Assembly: GCA_004431415.1 (NCBI GenBank)
Contig: QPMI01000673.1
Span: 29,510-93,509, forward strand
Source: Cyanophora paradoxa CCMP329
Lineage: Eukaryota; Plantae; Glaucophyta
Length of the DNA stretch: 64,000 nt
Direction of reading: 5' to 3'
A program made the translations under genes and the position numbers. This document shows, in pieces, positions 59,569 to 64,000 of this stretch. The notes below the pieces were generated by a model. It saw only the letters and a program-made list of their open reading frames with translations. It had not been told where the DNA came from and did not search any database. Numbering within the stretch: the stretch's first letter is position 1; the number at the start of each line of letters is the position of its first letter.

Positions 59569-59570
59569 CA

Positions 59571-62500
59571 TTATGGTATATACAATCCAAAGAACCATCT
59601 GATATTATAATATGAAGAAGCTCCACCACTGACACTATATGATATTTTGATGGAATCATTAGCTTGAAGGTCAACTATTATTTCCAATCCATTGTTTGCA
59701 TACACAGATGGATAATTATTATTAACTTCAATTCCAGATGAGCTTCCGTTTTTCTGTAAAAATGTTGTTATAATACCTGGTCTTCCAGCCGTATAACAGG
59801 ATCCACTAAATGTGACAAGATAGTTTCCTGTAACAGGGGCAGTAAAAAGCCCTGTCGCAGGATCGAAATGATTTCCTTGGTTCACTATGACTCCTGTTGT
59901 TGGATATATATTTATTGAGGAAATTGTTGCAGTTATTGACCCATTTGGTTGCTGTTTTGTTGCAAAGAAACGAGGATGGCTACTTAATTTGAGATATTTG
60001 CTTGTCGGAAGTGTGAGATGTTGAACAGTTGTGTTATCTGTCTGAATAGTTTTTTGAAGAGAAAGAATGGTATCCCCATTCCTCTTGTAATTCATGACTG
60101 TGTCACTCATGTTGTCAATCTCAGGTGTATTTATTCTTGTTGTAAGTGTGAGAGTTCCATACTGAATACTCCCTGAAAGCCCACCATTAAAGGTCATCAA
60201 TCCTGCAAATGAACATGTCCACTCACAGTCAATTGATTTGCTGTCAGAGTTCCTGCTACATTTGCTCCATCACCAATGTAGGCTCCTCCACTTTTCACCA
60301 CAAGAGCAGAATTATTGCTTGTATTACCAAAAGTAACTATCTGTGCTGTGGTGAATCCACCCACATTATCATATATTGCTGAATTGGGGACTACCTGACC
60401 TGCTTGAACTTGGTTTTTATTCGAGATTATAATGCCTGTGGTTCTAATCTTGCCTCCATTTCGATCACATCGAATTTCTTTGACCCTCAGTATACTGTTC
60501 TCTGTGAAAGAGGTATTACTTGTAGTTTCAGTGCAAATAAAACCGGGTGTGGAGTCGACTACTTCATGAGAGGTGCTGTGGAGTGATTTGGCTGCAAGTT
60601 CATAGTTTGGAATCTCTAAAAGGAGGTCATCTTTATAATTACGAAATAGTTAAATTGCGACAGCAATGTAATGAATTGTAACTGGAAATCCTGGTCTGTC
60701 AAAAGAACTTAATGGAACTATGTCAAGCTCACAAGTGAAATAGCTACTGTAAACTTGTTTAAGCCTAACATACATTCGATAGTAGTAGGCTGTCTCATTG
60801 TGTTGTATACCAGTTGTTACAATAGGAGGGTTAGCAAGCTGCTGTTGAAATTAATAGTGAGGTTAAACCTATGGTCAGGATTTGCCCAAAGATAAGGAGT
60901 AGTGTAAACATACGTTCCTGCTTGGATTTTCCCATTAAAATATGCATTGAGTTGACTGGAAAGATCTGCTCTGTAATACATCGACTGATGGTCGCATTAT
61001 TTGAGGGGTTCATAGCATAGAAATTTCTTGCATAGGCATTTCCACGAACAAGTAAGGTTTTATCAAAGTAATTCTGCGAATTGTGGAAGAACCATGTTTC
61101 TTCAAACATAGGTCCTGCTGGTTCTACAATCTGACCTGATCCTACATACATTGTGTTGTTGGCTCTGATTGTGGTGGCTGTGAAAGGATCAAGAGTTGGT
61201 CTATTGGTCAAATCATTGTAGTTTCCTGAGAAAATTGCAGGTTTGTTATAGATATCTGTATTCCAATCATGAGTGTGTGCAAAATCTGTAATCTCTGCCT
61301 TTGTGTGGGTGTGACCAACATATGCAACATTTCCAAGATCTGTAATCTCTGCCTTGGTATGGGTGTGACCCACATATGCAACATTTCCGAGATCTAATAT
61401 CTCTGATTTAACATGAGTGTGAGCGAAATTTGTGATATCTGCTCTTGTGTGGAAGTGTGCAAAATCTGTAATTTGTGATTTGGTGTGAGTGTGTGCAAAA
61501 TCTGTGATTTCTGCCTTTGTGTGGGTGTGTGATCTATTATTTAGATCAAGGAAACTACCCGAAAATGCAACAGGATGCAGATTTGCAGCAGTAGGTTTAT
61601 TTATGAGATCATTATAATCTCCTGTGAAAGAGATGGTCTTTAGTTCACCCCTTCCTACATAATCAGAAGGGAGATCAATCTTAATGGGCATAATAGCTGG
61701 ATCATCAGGTATCTCATACTCACCTCCTGGATGAACCACAGGAAAGGTTTGATTGCTTTCAGTATGGACAAAGAAGTTACATGCTGTTACTGTTCCATCA
61801 ATAGTCCCACCTGTGAGAGGGAGTAATTGCCTGTAACACCAATACCTATACCTGCAATGATTGTATTTAGTTCTGTTTCATCTATGTAGTTCTGAGCTTG
61901 AAGGTAATCCTCTGTGACTACTCTCGAAATGCTCTCATTGTGTATGTTTTTTGCAGCCATTCTTTGATTGGCTTCCAGAACCCCACCATAATCTGTTTTA
62001 ATCCATGCAAGCTCTGCCCTTCCATAATTATCATTTGCAGTTCCCACTATGGGAATGTAGGAATACTTATCTCGACTGAAAACTATCATTGGTCTTGAGC
62101 CATCTAAGCTGCTTACATCTGCTACATGAACCTGTATAGCAGAGTTTGTAATTTTGGTAGGTTGCTGGGTCTGTTGGGACTCTGAATGTATCTGTGGGAA
62201 TGTCAGCCTCCATGTAGCTGACACAAAGATATTTGGTATGGTTGCTCCTGGTGGTGGTGGGTTTCAAAAGAGCCTGGTAATGTCCTAATATGAATGGTCC
62301 TCTCATAGCTGAATTTGCAAGTGTCCCATTCACATGACATAGTGTTCATTCAAAAAGATCCTTTCAGGGATATTACAAGTCTGGTAAAGAAGAAACCCAA
62401 GTTATCAGAGGCTCCACCTTTGCAAATTCTGGTTGGTCATTGATCTCATCCCAAATATGTTCATGTTTGCTGGTGGGAACTCAGTTGGAACCCATCAATT

Positions 62501-63882
62501 ACCCCAATCATGCCTGTGATCCTCTGGTGGATACTTTTGAGGTTTGCCTAAGATCTCATCCCAATCATGATTGTGATCCTCTGGGGGATACTTTGCAGGT
62601 TTATTATTAATTTGTTCATAATCAGGAAAGAACTCCCAGATCTCAGGTCGAAATCCATCTGGTAATAATTCCTCAGGGTTCATAAGGTTGCTCATAATCA
62701 ACACTGGTGGATCATGCCCATCTGGCAAATACTCCTCATCAGGTTCATAGTTCTGCTCATACTCAAACTCTTGTGGATCTAAGCCATCTGGTAGTATCTC
62801 CTCCTCATTGGATAACTGATCATATTCATATTCTTGTGGGTCAAAACCATCTGGTAAATATTCTTCCTCATCTGGAACGAATTGATATTCATCAAGCTCT
62901 AATATATCGATTTCAGGAGGTAAATACTGCTCATCTATTGCTTTTTGGTTCAATTATAGGTTTATTGCGAACTTGCTCCCAACTAACAATGTGCTGCCCA
63001 AAGGCTACATCTTCAGTTGCTGTGTATTCTCTTCCAGGTTGCTTCTTTGGTGTTAAATCGGGTGGTCCATTGGGAAATGGAATAGGGAATGGGACAGTAG
63101 GTCCATTGGGACCATAATGCTCAATGATTTTCTTTAGGGTTTTCTCACTTACAAGCTTCTCTCCATTTGCATACACATTGCTGCCATGGATATTTCGCCA
63201 TTGCCTGGTTCGAATTCAAGGTCTTTCACATTGCTATACAAAGGCAAAAGGTGCCTATCCATTTCGACTAAATCAGGGTGTAAATGGATTGCTACTGGTT
63301 GACTGGGGCTACTGTTGATTGTAATTGATGGCTTTTTTTGATGGACATCTTTTGAGTAAAGAACCCAAAGGCTCATTTCTTGCAAAGTCATATGTAATAT
63401 CTTGGGGTAGACATCATTTGTGTAGGACCTGATTTGTATTGGCAATGGGACCCACTTGCAATACTTGGGGACCTCAGCTTTTGCAGTGCTGCCCTCATTG
63501 TAAATTCGTAAAGCTGTGTTCTGTTTGCCCTGCTCATCTTGAACATTGAAAATCAATCGACCACTATCGAACCTGGAAGGTATATCTGGGTGAGTGCCAC
63601 TGGTTTTTAGTTTCCTAGGTCTCCTTCTTGTTGCTTGATCTCTGCCACTTGGTTTGCTTTCACATTACCCAAAACTAAAAGCAACACTGACCTCCTCTTT
63701 ATCTGGATCGGTTTGATTCACAGATAAAGCATGCTCCCTTGATTGAGTCTTGATGAATTATCAGAGCTGTGGTCAATCGAAACTGAACCCTTTACTTTAA
63801 TATTATCAAAGTTCACATGCTTGGTGCTGCTTGCATTATCATCTTGAATGGTTTCTAGATTGGGTGGGTAATTGAAGCTCAT
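59571..63882 (-). CDS. Second fibre gene (~1,430 aa if joined; many frameshifts) with HTH-His repeats and C-terminal C1q domain
   Basis: N-terminal part homologous to 48600-50631; HTHTKAEITD repeats (about 61270-61530); NQGNHFDPATGLFTAPVTGNYLVTF...VDLQANDSI...FFGLYI (C1q). Confidence 0.78.
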
Positions 63883-63925
63883 GCTTTTACTATATGGATT
63901 TAATAAAATTCTTGATAAGTAAAAG

Positions 63926-64000
63926 ATGCCTCTCAAGGTCGTTTTAAGTCTTTCTGGCGGGGGTGCAAGGGGCATTATCATAACCAGGCTGCTAAAGAAA
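63926..64000 (+). CDS. 5' end of second patatin-like gene (runs off window)
   Basis: MPLKVVLSLSGGGARGIIITRLLKE, identical in protein to the start at 50675. Confidence 0.9.
   Translation, partial: MPLKVVLSLSGGGARGIIITRLLKK

Larger units (their letters stand above)
40751..64000. mobile_element. Endogenous Polinton-like / NCLDV-related dsDNA virus region (two related units; right end beyond window)
   Basis: Abrupt GC drop, intronless dense ORFs, double-jelly-roll MCP, pentons, A32-type ATPase, fibres. Confidence 0.92.

Noticed and set aside
40751-59570. Terminal inverted repeats pairing the left end with 59.1-59.6 kb (canonical Maverick/virophage)
   Set aside because: I found no extended match by eye beyond short GCCTAC/GACACAC words; no pPolB, rve integrase or protease.
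59571-63882. Diversity-generating retroelement or invertase shufflon for fibre tips
   Set aside because: No reverse transcriptase, no adenine-specific TR/VR pair, no recombinase or inverted crossover sites seen.
40751-64000. Bacteriophage or bacterial contamination (fibre motifs, speD, patatin)
   Set aside because: Capsid module is DJR MCP + penton + A32 ATPase, with no terminase, portal or consistent Shine-Dalgarno leaders. A chimeric join still needs read-level exclusion.
1-64000. tRNA/rRNA genes
   Set aside because: None recognised by eye; tRNAscan-SE/Infernal would be needed to exclude them.

Overview
The window has two sharply different parts. (1) 1 to ~40,750 is a very GC-rich (by eye ~70-80%), gene-dense eukaryotic chromosome with many tiny introns, many with GC-AG ends. 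Most long ORFs in the supplied track here are GC-rich shadow frames. Spliced genes I can reconstruct: thioredoxin-like protein, anoctamin, GH47 mannosidase, F-box/C2H2 protein, DH-PH RhoGEF, IspE, ORC4, RETICULATA-like protein, aldo-keto reductase, YlxR, APC15-like protein, TKL kinase, coiled-coil and C2/TPR proteins, RlpA-SPOR and a ZIP transporter. Plastid-type genes with N-terminal extensions plus an intron-containing peptidoglycan enzyme suggest a glaucophyte (Cyanophora-like) host; this is inference. (2) From ~40,751 to the window end is AT-rich (~40% GC), intronless endogenous dsDNA-virus DNA of Polinton-like/NCLDV-like double-jelly-roll type that truncates the ZIP gene. It starts with a perfect 29-bp-arm palindrome at the host junction and a second, T-shaped inverted repeat. 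Unit 1 (~18.8 kb) encodes SAM decarboxylase, a paralog pair, a ~2,450-aa modular fibre, a patatin-discoidin fusion, two head-to-head penton-like proteins, a major capsid protein, a Zn-repeat endonuclease, an A32-type packaging ATPase and small ORFs. I see no polymerase, helicase, integrase or protease in it. After a palindrome-rich spacer (59.1-59.57 kb) a second, synonymously diverged unit begins in the same orientation, with the same fibre N-terminus but a different C1q-tipped distal half. Viral frameshifts I inspected look like single-base deletions, probably assembly errors.
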